Shown here: in pieces, positions 1 to 13,291 of the stretch
Numbering within the stretch: position 1 is the first letter of the stretch
How the letters are laid out: each line of letters starts with the position of its first letter
NCBI GenBank assembly: GCA_036172245.1
Contig: JAYWIR010000006.1
Span: 5,146,001 to 5,210,000, forward strand
Reading direction: 5' to 3'
Length of the DNA stretch: 64,000 nt
Source of the DNA: Raillietiella orientalis
Lineage: Eukaryota
Made by a program: the position numbers and the translations under genes
The notes under the pieces: generated by a model
The model's input: only the letters and a program-made list of their open reading frames with translations
Told to the model about the DNA's origin: nothing
The model's database searches: none

Positions 1-153
1 GAATTATCCAGAACTTCTGCAGTTAAGTTTGAGATTATCTTCCTAGGGAATCCTGCTTGGTTATAAGCTTGTTGAATCAAAGAGCATTACTGATAATTTT
101 GTACCAATTATTAAGAATCTCATTTTATTTTACACTAAGTGGTGCAAAGGCTT

Positions 154-2007
154 TTAGTTGGTTGACACTGCAGATTTGCCTATTTGATTGAATAACTGAT
201 CTTTGATTACTTGAGACATGAGTCCTTGGATCACTTCTATAGTAGTCTTGGAACTATCTTTGGTTGCTTTTGAGAGTTTATCTTCAGTACGCTTTTCATG
301 GGGTTCAATACCCAAGATGTACCCACCCCTTCCAAGCTGGGTTTCTGACTGTTCTAGCTTATCTGACAAATCGAATATCTGCCCTGTTGTATAATCAGCA
401 TTCTAAAATCAACAGCTCAGTGACAAATAACAAACAAAGCAGCAGTACCGTCAGCAAGCTAGATGAGCTGAGTGTATTCACCCAGTATTTGTTCCACAGT
501 GAATCCAGCAGTTTGCGGTCCAATGCAGATTTGAAGTATGTCACATCTAGAGAATAATACTGCTTGCAATGCACTCCAAAATCTTCTATTTTGTTTAATG
601 GGATAGTCTGATATTCTGAAGGACCTTCGTCTGGAGGCTTGTACCCCTGAAACATACAAGAACTAGAAGAGTTTAACATACACTTATTTACCTTGGGATA
701 AGTACGAAAAGCACCTAGATTGACCTTTCCAGCTGATATGGTTCGCACAGGATCAATGACAATTGCCACAAATGGCTCCTGGAAACTCTGATTAAGCAAC
801 TGGGTCGAGACATCAATTCCAGATAACCAACAACCATAACCAGGGTGGCTATGATACCATCCAATGGCATTCTCAAGTCGTTTGACCTTGTGTTAAGTAA
901 AAATTAAACTTATATTTTGAAAGTATAAACAAAGTTAACAGAAATATTATGGGGCATGAAACAAAGGTCATTCAGCTATTCTGAGTTAACCCAAGCTAAT
1001 AGCAGACAATACAACATATTGTCAAAAACCACGAATTAATTGAATTATTTGGATAGTACACCATGCAGCTCTGCAAAATCGCATTCTTGAAACCAATGAA
1101 CAATTGGGTTCCCAAATCATGCTGCTATACTTCTGCACACTTTGTAAACAATAAAACAACAGTTTCTATAATCGTGGAGATAGCTAACAGATTCCATTGA
1201 ATGGACATTTAATTTCTACTTATTTCAACAAAGCTGTATTGTGCATAAGATACCTAAAATACTATATACCTGTTTGCCAGCTTCAATGTATGCTGTCATA
1301 TATTCATAGGCTTGAGCTTGAGCATTGACTCTTGTTTCAGTGCCTTCAACAGGCAACGCAAAGGAATCCATGACAATCATTGTGTTACCATCGACTTTTC
1401 CTAGTAGTAACCCCATTACTTCCAAAGTTCCTCCAGATCTTGCATGCATCACCATTTTTAATAATGCTAATGCAGATATTTTGATGTCTTTAAAAAAGTG
1501 TGCACTGAAATATTGTGCTCAAGTTACTGAAAAGCATTTCAAAATTGTTGATGTAAGTTTTCCGGAATGGCCACTTTTCCTTTCAAACTTAGTATTTGGT
1601 TAAACTAAGACTAAGATGTAGTGGCAAATCATGTCAATGATTACAGAAAAACAACTATTTATATTGTAATCTAATTCTCATGAGTCTATTCTGTGGAGCA
1701 CTCCAAGAAAAAAATGGTTCTAAATAAACTGGCCTTTCATACAACCAAAGTGCAAATACGACAATCCATTTTCACATTTCATTTTACTTTATCCCCCCTA
1801 CAGTAATCCAATAATTATTAATAAATACAATGAAATCTTAATGAATTCTCACGGATATACGTACTCTTTTTCCCAAGGTTTGGCAGCCAAAATATCCTGC
1901 TGCTGCTTACGATCATATTTATAAATTTCGTCGGGATTTTGAAATGATTCAACACTGTTTGCAAGCTCCCAAGTTTTTTGGGCTATTCTCGTCTGACTTT
2001 CACTCAT
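154..2007 (-). CDS. COPS5: COP9 signalosome subunit 5 (CSN5/JAB1), 5 coding exons: 1865-2007, 1270-1504, 692-886, 449-646, 154-402 (339 aa)
   Basis: Exons join in frame at GT-AG sites (1020 nt). Translation has [45 protein letters not shown], the JAMM motif [33 protein letters not shown] and the C-terminal [14 protein letters not shown] helix. Confidence 0.97.
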
Positions 2008-3449
2008 CTAGGAAATACTTTTATAATACAACCTTAGTATTTAGTACCTATTTTCCCCTGCACCAATGATGTTCCATGAACCTTATCACACTCCATATCA
2101 TTACTCATACTCATTTTGATGGTTTGTGATGCAACTTTGTTGATTGATCAGCGAAGTCAGTGAAACCATCCCACGGGTCAGATACATATGACAAATTTGC
2201 CAAATCTGCATTACGAGTGTCACACACCTGAGGCATAAGGGAACACAAAAATTCAATTTTGTTTTTCTAAAGAAAAGAGATACCAAGTTAGACAGCAGTA
2301 TTTTCAAGTAACTTAGGCTGACTACACTAACGCATGAAGAAGTAGACTGAAACATTGAAGAAACTGTGCAAAGTTTACTCCTGATGCAGCTATAACCATT
2401 CTTCGAAAACTTTATAAAAACAGAATATTAATGTATTTAGAATTATTCATGTAACAATGAATGGAGTAATCCGTTCTCAGAGTATTTAATGTTCTTTTCA
2501 TATAAACAATTCTTTTGTAGGAATCGAGCAAATGAGGATGCTTCTGATAACTGATCAAAAACATAACGCAACCACTGTGGGCATACTAATTACAGATTAA
2601 CTGGTTCAAAGAAACAATCAATTCAAAAACTCTGTCCCTGAATTACACAAAACTTGATAAATCAGAAACTTCTGGAGTTCGTAGCAACTAAAATGTTTCA
2701 CATTTCAACTGCTTCCTCTAAAATCGTATTTAAGGTGTTTCAATTAGGTATACTTCCTCATCTTTTTAGTATTTTTGCAATTTCTGCGTACGCTGTTTGA
2801 TTCTTTTCTCTTTGTACTTTTACCTTCTGCATAAATATTTATCAATTCATTACTGCCTCAAGTTCGCAAGAATTAGTGCTTTAAAGATTCTCTTAGTTGT
2901 TCCTAAATATGGGGTTGAGTCATTGTTCTCTGCGAAAGAATTCAAGTCAGCTGCATTTGAAAATGATTCAATGCTCATATCATTAATTTTTATGCAACAG
3001 TGTAGTTTGTATGATCCAGAATCATTTGAAGAATTACTCTGTTCAATGCACTCTCCTTATAATTCCGTTTATAATAGTGTTTCATAATTTCACATGCTCA
3101 GACTACACTTTGTGCATTCCTGGAATTTGCAGATTACGTACATATGGGGAAAAAAAACGTCTGTCTTTTTCGTGAGATTCGATAGATTTCACGGATTATC
3201 TGTTCGATAATGTATGTGTATCTTTCTTTCTATTTTGTTGTTTTTCCAGATATTATGTTCTAATTGTTTCCTCAGTTTAGTACCTATTCATTGAACGAAG
3301 CAGCTGTCGACAAATTCGGATTTGCATTTTTCAGTACTCAAAACATGACTCGAGAAAACAAATTAAAATGAAGTTGCTTTTCGTGCTTGCCGTAAAATTT
3401 GATATGTTTCATTCTGAGATATCAGAAGAATACATCAGTTTCTTCAGTT

Positions 3450-4950
3450 ATTTGGCGTCCCAATTGTTATGAGTTAATCTCTACCTCTCTAATTACAACT
3501 TATTTTCTAACACCTTAAGCAATGCACCACCTTTAAAAGGTCAAACTTCTCGAACAATCACTGTCATGAAGTTGATGCTAAACTTTTTATAATGAAAAGG
3601 AAGCACCTTAGGGGTGTCGTGTCAAAGCTTTTGCAAGCAAGCAAGATTCACTTAGGAACAAGATCTCCCAGAGTTTTTTTAACTATGGAGCAAAGGAAAA
3701 AGAATGTCCTAATATTCGACATCTTTCAAGGTAGATGAACCACGATATCAAATCGATAACTTTAACGGACTGTTCTTAGATCGAGTTCATGTTTGCAGTC
3801 AGCATACTGAATGTGCTTGCCTTAGAAGAGATGTGCAAGTCTCAGTTATTATGTATTAAGCCGATGAGATGTTTACATGAAGATACAGACTATGCCAAGT
3901 AGCACTTGATTGAAGCCCGCAAATTTTGAAGGGCCATGTCAGAGACATTGGAGTTTGAGTAGGGAACCCTGCGCATCTGAAGGCCCAGAAGATTTCTTGG
4001 ATGAATAGTTGTCACCAGATTATATGATTGATTCGGTTTTCCAATTGAGTCCAATCAAAAGTGTAATGCAAATCAAGTTTGGAACTACCGAATCTGTGTT
4101 CAAAGCTGCATCTAACCAGTGAGCTCTATTTGAGCGAATGCTCAGTTATCGATTCCACGATCTTGGGGTCTCAGAATAGATATCATTATTTTCTTTATCT
4201 GTTTAAATTCAAAGCAATCAGTATGCGAGTATCTTGAGAGCTGATCATCACGATGGGAAATGAAATGGCAAGGTCGTAGATGATTCTTGGTGAAAGAAAT
4301 CAACATGCCATTGCTAGAAAGGTATTTTCTACTTGTTGAGGTGGAGGATCGTAGCAGACATTTAAACACGGTGAAAATAGTGTCCCAAGCAAAACTCTAG
4401 TTCTGCTTCGACTGCAGCGAGTCTTGGAATTTTGAAACCTCACGATTCAACCCCGTCCTTTGCACAAAGGCGTATTGCTATAAGGGACTGATGGTCAAGA
4501 TTCGAGTCTTCTGCTCTTATTATGGCTTGCAAAAGTACTTTTTTTGATATGCCGCTATAATTTTGGATCGACAGAATTCTTTCTCCGTTAAGACCAAATA
4601 TTCCATGATAAATTACTTCCCGTGGAAATTTCAAGCCTATTCATCTATTAGTGAACAGTCGTTATTCAGGATGTAATGCTTGTACCGCTCCACTACGAAT
4701 GGATCCCGTAAAAGCATTACTCCTTCTCCTTTACCTTCAAGCTAGGAGTGGAGACAGAAATTCATTCGCTTACCATCTTGTACACGGAAAATGCAGCAAA
4801 TCGGTAGGAGGAAGTCTACGAAAAGTGCCACGAATGTGTGCTTTCCTCCGGATTTCATCTTTAGGAATGCGGTTAGGTATGACGGGAGACAAAAGATGGC
4901 TGATCTGCTGGATCTACAGAAGTCTGAGTTGAACCCTTACAACTCAGGAG
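3450..4950 (-). mobile_element. Degenerate Ty3/Gypsy LTR retrotransposon pol remnant (RT thumb, RNase H, integrase)
   Basis: Broken minus-strand frames in the expected order: KDEIRRKAHIRGTFRRLPP (RT thumb), QNYSGISKKVLLQAII..DHQSL (RNase H NYS.EKELLA..TDH), RDDQLSRY (ADALSR-like), HRFGSSK..FDWTQLENRINHI (integrase Zn-finger-like). Many stops and frameshifts; boundaries approximate. Confidence 0.5.
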
Positions 4951-5399
4951 GTCGTTCAGTAAACCACTAGTAGGGATCTTCCTTTTCTTTTACTTTCACT
5001 AGTTGCTTAAGGAGACTGAGATAGCTGAAGAGAAGGCTAATATGGAAGGAGAAATGGGTAGGTCTAGAGGCGGAAGCACTGGCGTAGTCCATGTTAATGT
5101 GGAAACGAACATTTCACTTTCCACACTTCACTTCCTTTCGCTAAGATGCAGAACATTCAGATTTGATTAGCAAGTTTTTCACAAATAAATATCGTTAACA
5201 CTGGTACTTATGTACTTCTGGATTCTTAGGTCGAAATTTTTGAATGGTACTTTTGAACGAAAGACAATTCCGAGTCTGGGGTCATATTCAGAGTTATGGA
5301 TATGTAAACAGTCTTATTATGTCTTGTAAAATGAAGACCACAAGTTTTATAAGCGATGTGGAGGATGCAGCAATCGAAATGTAAATGTTCCATTAATAT

Positions 5400-6250
5400 G
5401 TAAGTGGACAGAGTCGTGAGGTTCTAGCCTGCAGGATTTGAGGAAACGCGTTGCTCGGTCACTGTCCAGAGACAACTGTGAGTAAAGTTTTGCATTTCCC
5501 CTTTAAAAAACGACAGTATTCTACTCCTGGAAGCCATATGAACTTACTCTCTGGACAACGTGAAAAATACTGGTTTTCCAGTCTTTGGGAATCATGCTAC
5601 GGATGCACTAAGCATTTGATATACTGACTGTCGATTGCTCTTTACACTGCTTATAGAGATGTGAGCAATCCTTTTCGTGTAAATTTGTTCGTTTTGCTGG
5701 TATTTTGAAAGATCTTTTGATTAGCAATGTAATCAACGGGGAAAAAAAAAACTTCTTTCACATTTCCAGCACCATTGCGATTGGCAGTAACTCATGTGGG
5801 AATTTCAAGATCTGCAGGAGTTTCAACGTCTGCTCCATTGTGGGATTTCCTATTTGGGGATTCTGAGAGAAAAAAAAGAAAAATATTTACATACATGGCA
5901 GGCAGTGTTCCGTGTAACAGATGATGCCAGCCCGGAATCTAAGATCCCGATCGCATTTATCAGCTTGACATTAGATTCCAAGATAGCCGTTGATTATCTG
6001 GACATTCTTTGATATAGCACTTCATTTTTTAAAAAAAAAAATGGAAAATATTAAAAGTCATTGAATAACCTGTGGATGTTCTAATGCATATCACAAAATG
6101 ACCAGACCGCATAACATTGAAATATATGATACTTAACCCCTTCCTTCCCCACTTTCCGGTTTTCCTTCTTTGGAAGGAGGAAATTTTTTTGGAGAGTGCA
6201 TGAGCCACTCAAAAAGCAATGCTCTATCCATCTGATGTGCACCACGAACG
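5400..6250 (-). mobile_element. Possible highly degraded piggyBac transposase remnant
   Basis: Weak minus-strand motif echoes: PPSK..KP.K.G..GVKY (about 6130-6200), and NGADV..AD followed by W.KKFFF (about 5740-5850), resembling QYxPxKPxKxG and YNxxMGGVDxxD..KWxKKxFF. Confidence 0.3.
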
Positions 6251-6511
6251 GGAACTTGGGAGAAGATTCTGCCGCCGAAGAACTACCGGAAAAAAAAACT
6301 GATGGATGCGATTAGTGCCTTTCGGACATGTAAAGCACACACTACGGCATTTTACCCAAACATCTATTTTAACCTGTTGAGAGAGTTTGATGTATATACG
6401 CACGTTTTGTGAAAGCGCCAATGTGGCGCTTTTGAATGAGATACGTTTCGTAAAAGCGCTACATTGTCCCTTTTACAAATGTATCTCATTCAAATGTGTA
6501 TTTTACTTAGA

Positions 6512-7025
6512 CTGTAAAATTCCGCGCATAATACACACAACTTTTCCGAAATTTAGTCTCTCCAAATCGGGGTGCGTGTTCTATTCAGGTACAAAAATTT
6601 CCTCATTTTCATGTGCACCAGGAGCTGTACGCATCATGGTAACCATGTGTTTTGCGCGCTAGAGCGTCCCTCGCGGCCGATTCGGATTTTGTTCTTGCAC
6701 TGTTTACAATGTTGAAAATTTGGTAGAATGCGATTGCACACATTGCAAATGTATGCGCCATTGGAGAACATAATAAAAAAAAAAAAAAACCTTTTTTATT
6801 AAGAGTTAAGATTTTCATTTTTTATAGATTTCCTAACGATCTTTAAGTTTTTATTTGTATTATTTATTAGATATTAAAAGTCTGTTTGTATCTTATGAAA
6901 ATTAAAATTAAATTTTGAAAATCACGGGTGTTTATTTTGCACGAATTTTCATTTTTCAGGAACTTTCGGGGGAAATCCCACGTGCGTATTATACACGAGC
7001 GCTCATTGTACGCGAGACTTTACGG
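6512..7025. mobile_element. Non-autonomous Tc2/pogo-type DNA element (MITE-like, ~515 bp)
   Basis: Imperfect terminal inverted repeats: left CTGTAAAATTCCGCGCATAAT versus reverse complement of the right end CCGTAAAGTCTCGCGTACAAT. TA follows the right end (7026-7027). Subterminal GGGTGCGTGTTCTATTC and GTGCGTATTATACACG motifs are typical of Tc2-like elements. Confidence 0.55.
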
Positions 7026-7189
7026 TAATTCGATCAAGACTTCAGTGTGCAGTGACCCCTTATTAATTTTTTGTCAAAACATTTTTGAGGTGATGTGAGG
7101 TGTACCAGCCAAACAAAAAATCCTTCTTTCTTTTGCTTTTTACATGCTGGGCTTATTATTTTCTTCGGGCATTCCCCGAATTGTTTCGT

Positions 7190-7550
7190 AAAAGCTTTTT
7201 CTTCTCGCAGAGTTGATTTTTTTCTCTTGACAACGGGTATTCTCCGATGTCAATTAGAAATAAACATCAGGGATGTATTGTTCCTCAGTACAATACATGG
7301 CGCCAATATGATGAAAACAGAGAGGCGATGTGTTGTGAAAAAAAGAATGGTTTTCGACTGTGGAAACAAAATATGGCTGAAGTGGGCAGAAGAAGCGATG
7401 GTATCACTGCAGCATATACGCTGGCCGGAAAGTTGAAGTATTACAGGCAAATACTTCTCCATGTTGTAGGCGTTATGTGCTGGAATTCATATTTATTATA
7501 TAAAAAAAATAATGGAAAATTAAGTTGTGAGGCTATTAGACGATATTAAC
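7190..7550 (+). mobile_element. piggyBac (PGBD4-like) transposase C-terminal remnant
   Basis: Two overlapping frames give RDVLFLSTIHG..VFD and NMAEVGRRSD..Y..KLKYYRQILLHVVGVMCWNSYLLYKK. These match the piggyBac DDE_Tnp_1_7 motifs V.MLST.H, YN..M.GVD..D and KWY.K.FF..NSY.LY. Frameshifted. Confidence 0.75.
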
Positions 7551-7949
7551 CTGTGAAGGGTCACTTTGTGTCGTATCTTGATTTGAAGAATATCATCCTG
7601 GAAAATCAGATTGAATTTCTTATGACTTTTTTTTATTTTTCTTATTTTCTGCACAATTCCGAAATTTTTATGAATGCATTTTTTTTCTTTTTTTCCATTA
7701 ATATTTCCAATAGACGCATTTTCTGGGCGTTCGACGTATCCATTCGTTATCTCCAGTTTTTAACAGGCACTCAGAAATAGACTTTTGAAAAAAAAAAAAG
7801 AAAATTTCTCAATTAAGAGGTTGCATTTGCAAATGTTAAGCGTCTCAGCCACTGAATGATTTTCGAGTTCGTTTCTTCGTTACGTCTTCGTAGACTCCAG
7901 TCTACAAACAAGTGAGAGTTCAAAAAATTGAAGAATGGTACGCAGTCCA

Positions 7950-9400
7950 CCATCCACTAATTCTAGCACGAAAGTTTCAACGGGGGGGGAAGGGAAGCAA
8001 ACTTTGGACGAAAGTGAAGGGAAAGATTCTCGAGGAATACACCTGGAGGTGAAGAGGAGAGGAAACACCTCAGTTCCATACCTTCGAGGTTTCCAGAGAT
8101 GGACGTGAATCCTCTGTCCGCCTGCAAGCGAACCACGCCGATCAAACTCGCGAAACTCTGCTGCTGATGAAGAAGAGACGGAGATCTCAGTTTGAGAAAA
8201 GCATGAAGAATACTTCAAAGCAAACCCGAAGGTCATTCTCAAAAAAGGAAAAATCCCTTGGAAGAACAGCTCATTTATCTTGAATCCTCATTTGCAGGGC
8301 AAAAGCAGATTTCCGAACCTTCCTCTGAATGAGCGGTGCAATGCTGAAGAGGTTGCCATCCACCGGGAAAAAAAAAAATGCAACAAAATGGTTTCTTGCG
8401 TGAAGACGACCCTTCTTTCTCTCTTTCTTATTTCTTTTCTCTTAAGGCGACTACCAGCATGATTTTAGATTCAGACTTTGATACGCGAGCAACGAAAATG
8501 ACACGGGAACCAGAATTCGACAGCTCGACTCAGCGTTTTCCCAAACCGTGTTCCGCAGAACACCAGTGTCAGTAAGTGTCGCCCGTGAAAAATTGTGAAA
8601 ATTAACATGTTTTCAATGCCACGAAGTTTATTTCATCTCTGCCTTGTTTTGCATGATCAAAATTTGAGAAGAGACGTTTTGTTTTCTTAGCTCTCGTATG
8701 TACTTGCTTGACTCATCGAGATCTGCTTGCCCCCCTATGAAATGACCAAGGTGTTCCGGGTCATTCAAGGTCACAAAATTTCAGCGTTCGTGTGAAACGT
8801 CCCGCCGCAGGAAAAGTTCGGGAAACGCTGGTCCTCGGGTTCCAGATGGGTGTTTATGCCGAAGCATTATGGCAGCCGCTGGATGAGTGCACGCACACGT
8901 ATTCCTCTTTCTACCTGCGTTGAGGTGCACGAATCTCCAGAGCTCACGGCTCGAAGCAGCCGTTGAATGGTCTCGCCTGAATGGGGTTGCTGTTGCACTG
9001 CCTCTCTGCATGGAGTCGCAGCCGACCAGGGACTCGCATGCATATCTTTACGAGCTTCCCCGTCTTCGCAAGTTGTTTGATCTCCAGAGTTCGTCTCCTA
9101 CCTCGGGATTCGGGAAAGCGCTGAAGATCTGAAAATTTTCCTTTCTGGGTTCCAGAAGTTTCCTTCGTGGACAGACAGTGCGCTTTCGCACGCTGTTCAT
9201 CCCATGAAGGCGTGAGTACGGCAAAGCTTATGTAGATCATGTGGATCTCGTTCATCTCGATTTCGACAAATATCTGTTTTGGCAGCACAGTGCCCATTGG
9301 GTGCAGCCACCTTGGATAGGAGAAACTTTTGACATGAGCAACCGTCGATATGGTCGACATTTTTTAAGTTTTCCGTCATTGGCCAAAAGGAGCTTTTTTC
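7950..9400 (+). mobile_element. Degenerate CR1/L2-group non-LTR retrotransposon ORF2 remnant
   Basis: Ordered broken motifs: RRSQFEK / KANPKV (AKR.FE..K.NPK linker), NVPPQEKFGKR (NV.P..KKG.R), YLYEL..RKLFD (YLDF.KAFD) and FVDRQ..EGVST (FL.DR.Q..SGVPQG). Confidence 0.5.
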
Positions 9401-9489
9401 AACCGCGTTAAAGGTGGGAAAAAACGAGGGAGATTCCTTAACTATTCAGATGAAAATTTAGATATTTTGCGTGGAATCGAAAAGGGAGC

Positions 9490-10120
9490 TATGGGAAAAT
9501 TGCCGTGTTCGAAACGTAGCGTGGATCAATCGACCATTTGGAAAGTCGCGGAAGATGAAGGGAGCTCGGAGGTCTGCCGGTCGCGTCACGCTGTGGTGTC
9601 CCGAAACACCAAAAAATGGGATGGCGAAGTGTCCCGAAACGGAACGACCGCTTCCCATTCGTGGCTCTTACAGCAACAGCGAGACTCCATCGCAAACGGA
9701 ACCTTAAAATGAAAGGCCGAGGAAATTTATGCTCCGTTGGAATGTGATGGGGAACTTTTGGCGATTGTGGCGGGTGGCTGGGCAACTGCAAAACATGACG
9801 TGGCATTCGCTTGTTGACCACATCCGAGGAGAAACATTTCGTGAGGCGCCTCAAAGGTTCCAGTTTTCTCGGAAAAATCCAAAGAGATAGTTGCTGAAAC
9901 CCAATATCTAATGGAGCAAGTCTACAATAGTGACGAAACAGGACTGGCGTACACAAGATTACCAAATAACACGAATGTTCATCGAAGTGAAATAACAGCC
10001 CCTGGGAGGAAAAATAGAAAGGAAAGGGTCACTTTAATACCCTGCGTCAGTGCCACGGGTAATCACAAATTACCCTTTATGATGATTGGGAAGGCATTGT
10101 CCAAGGTGCTTTGAAAATGT
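9490..10120 (+). mobile_element. Tigger/Jerky-like (pogo superfamily) transposase remnant
   Basis: GWLGNCKT*RGIRLLTTSEEK (CENP-B HTH motif GWL..FK.RHGI..GE) followed by EQVYNSDETGL..APGRKNRKERVTLIPCVSATGNHKLPFMMIGK (start of DDE_1). Truncated and interrupted by stops. Confidence 0.88.
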
Positions 10121-10499
10121 TCAAAAATTTGATGCTGACAAAGTTCTTGACTCATCCAATTTAGCTATGGAGTGGTCAGGAAGTGTCTGCCTTCCTGTTC
10201 ATGACATTCTTCTCCTGAGAAGAATACGGGAAAAAGCAACAGTGAAGAAGCTTGAATAAGATTTCATATAGCATCATCATCATTTACCACATCGCTACTA
10301 TTATTTTTACTCTTTATAATGTTAATAAATTTGCTCATTTGATTATGAAAATTCATGTCACTGTTCGACAATTTGGTTTCTTTTATTTGATTACCCGGAA
10401 TTGATTTTTTTTTTTTACTCCGACCACCCATCTCGATACAACATGCTACGGAGGCAACATTCTCAAAATTTCGATTCCAGCAGAGGTGACCATACCAAA

Positions 10500-10750
10500 A
10501 GTGCGCACTGTACATACAAGCAAAGTTCTATCAAATGAACGAAACGTTTTCCTCAGCCAGAAAGATCACAACCGAGCCATCTCGGCTCCTCAGCATCGAT
10601 TGTCTGTGGAGCGCGTTCCCATGTGCTTCACAGACAATCGGACGCAACCGAATTATGGGGGTCGAAAAGAGACCGTTACTGAAACACTCCATTGTATTCA
10701 AGGCTCGGAGTAGGGCGGGGCAGGGAATTTCCTTTGGGAAGGCGGAGAGA
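10500..10750 (+). mobile_element. Possible second pogo-like transposase fragment
   Basis: NET.., VPMCF.. and KHSIVFKA resemble the pogo DET.V.FD and KL.P.IVFK motifs. Weak match. Confidence 0.25.
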
Positions 10751-11984
10751 ACGGGAGAACCTCGTGCAAAACACGGCGACACAATGCAGTGAGGAAACCA
10801 TGAGAAGCCAGAGGCTGCAAGGTTCCGTGGATTAATAAAAATATATATATTTATACCCAAGAGGCATTTTTTTTTCTTTTAATAAGAAACCACTATTGGT
10901 GTGTTGGAGGCTAAAAATTCAAGGAACTCATCAGTGAGAAAGCCGTCAAACTTCGCCACATCAGGGTACTTGCTTGATTTTTGCTGACGTGGATATCTCA
11001 TCGGTATGTCGATTTCATTCCTTTTCGTACACGTACGTGCTATATAGACTCCAGTGGGAACCACGTACTTCTCTGAAGGGGGGGGGGGAGGGGGAAGAAA
11101 ATGACAGATGGTCATTATTTAGATTGTATACAGGCGCTACTTTTGTTAAATGTCCGGCTACTGGACCCGCATTCTTACGACCTGCAGAATTCGACAAACT
11201 GTGCCACCGTGTCAGCGTTTTCGTGAGTCTCCAGCTGATGTCCGTTGTTGTTGTTAACCACGTCTTTGGGGTAGAATCGCAGCATTCCTCGCTTTCCTTA
11301 TGGTCAGGGTGCGTTTCGAAGTCTTCAAAAGAATCCGAGTCCAGGAGGAGGGTCCTTGTGCTGTTGTTTCGAAGGGAGAGGCATGACTTTTTAGCGAGGA
11401 CGATGCTCCTATTGAGTGTCCCCCAAATGCCCGTTCCCCAAAAGGCAGGAACGACTTCTTTTCAGGAACTTCTGCAAACTGCAAGAATCAGTGCAAAGAA
11501 AGAGACAAAACGCTTTTCTCACCCACGAAAACACTGCAAAGTACAGCTCATCTTAAGTGAAAAACTTGATGGTTCCAATTATTTTACCCACGTGTTTTCC
11601 TTCTTTTTTTTTTTTTTTTTTCTCATTTTTATAGGTGTTTTCTGGAACATGATTTTTCCTTATTTTTTGTACGCGCGCGTACACTACTACTCTTCTGGTC
11701 TCTCCGCGGAAACTGTGCTCTTTCTCGCCCGGATCCGTTGTTTTTCCGTCTTTCCTTGAATTTTTATGCAGCAGTGGTAACTCGAAGGAATTCCCTGTTT
11801 CCCTTTCCCCTCCGCTATCCACCTTTCAGCGAGGGAATCAGCAGCCATAGCGGCGTGCCTCCTGAGAAATCCAACTCGTGATGTACTCGAATCGGGTTCG
11901 AATAAAAGTAAATGAAAGGAGCACTCAGTGGCGGAAAGCCGTCAGCGAGGAATCGAACTAAAAATTTCTGAAGGCGAAAAGAAA

Positions 11985-12900
11985 AATTGCAGGTTGCAGA
12001 TGCAGGGGGGACAGGACTCTTGTGGCATCCGTCTGCTCCGTTTCCCAAGTGTACCTGTGAGCATCCAATGGAGAGCCTGCAATGGCACTGGCGAAAAAAC
12101 AAAAAATCCTTATCCCAGATTTTTCAGTCGCTGCGGCAACATGCAGAAAGAATTTCACGAGAAGAATTTCAAAGAAAGAAAGATGGAAACGGCGACAGTT
12201 GCATCCGAGCCGAGGTGGCATGCGACATTGAAACAAAATGGTTACCGCTGCGCGTCGCGCGCCATGTTGGATCCGCGCATGGCCCGTGGGGCTGAAGAAC
12301 TCTCCTCCGAAAAGCATCCTGAGGAGGTCTCGTTGAACTCCGGCCGCGTGGGTCTGGGTGTCTCCGGGAGCGATTCCGGCTCAAGACAAAGCGGAGGACA
12401 ACCGAAACGGTGAATTGCCTTTTCGAGTAAAGAAAACAGATGGAGGAATGGGGGGCTGTTTGATCCAAGGGTATCGATTCGTCCGGACTGCTTCCCATCG
12501 TTTGGTGTTGCGGCGACATGCAGAACGAATTTCACGAGAAAAAAAAAAAAAAAAGAATGCAACAGCTTCATGCAAACTGAGGCGGAGTGCTGTATTCAAA
12601 TCAAACCTCGCGTTCTCTTACTGTGCCTCGCGAAACGCCTCGTCCGAAAGATGAAATTCGGAGCGCTCATTACGGGCTTGACTGTTCTCTCCCTTGGCTG
12701 ATGTTCCTTTTCAGGGTGCAGATGCAAAGTTCATTAACCTTTGAAGAGCACTTTGCACCCCGAGCGTTCAACATGAAACGTTGCAAATGCATGGGATCTT
12801 ACAGTCCTTGTGTCGACTTGAACAGGAAAAAACGGAGCCGTTTTTGCAAACTGAGGTCTGTGCGTCTCTGGGAGCGATTCCGGTTCAACAGCTTCCCATC
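11985..12900 (+). repeat. Degenerate internal duplications, possibly a decayed Cys-rich repeat gene
   Basis: TGCGGCAACATGCAGAAAGAATTTCACGAGAA (~12132) versus TGCGGCGACATGCAGAACGAATTTCACGAGAA (~12509). GGTCTGGGTGTCTCCGGGAGCGATTCCGGCTCAA (~12351) versus GGTCTGTGCGTCTCTGGGAGCGATTCCGGTTCAA (~12855). CAGG(T/G)TGCAGATGCA at ~11990 and ~12712. Confidence 0.6.
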
Positions 12901-13291
12901 CACCGCTGGGCAGCGAGGCGGTCACTGTCCCCCGACCGCAGAACAGTCCTAGACGCGCCAGAGATTCTCCTCAAACATGAGGCGCGGAACAGTCGGAAGG
13001 GGAATTTCCCCGCTTCCTCATCTGCTTCGGTCCTCTCTACATGCAGCGGGCAAACAAAAAACACTTGTTCTTTGTCGCGGCTGGGCTGGCTGGCAACCTC
13101 GTCGAGTTCTTAGCTCTTTCCCAGCGGCAGTTTCCGTCGATAGGCCGCTGGACATCTCGACCATCGGACAGGGAAACTCATGCAGTTCTCGCCCACTTCT
13201 TTATTCGGAACTTCCTGATTGGTTCTTGCCCGAGCGTGGCCCCACCTGTCCTTTCTTGTCCGAACCTCACAGTTCCTCATCTTTTGCTCCC

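Noticed and set aside
2100..3100. Possible hAT or Bel/Pao gag fragment upstream of COPS5
   Set aside because: Competing weak resemblances in different frames; cannot be assigned.
11840..11910. GGGTTCGAAT B-box-like motif as a tRNA
   Set aside because: No A-box, acceptor stem or cloverleaf could be built around it.
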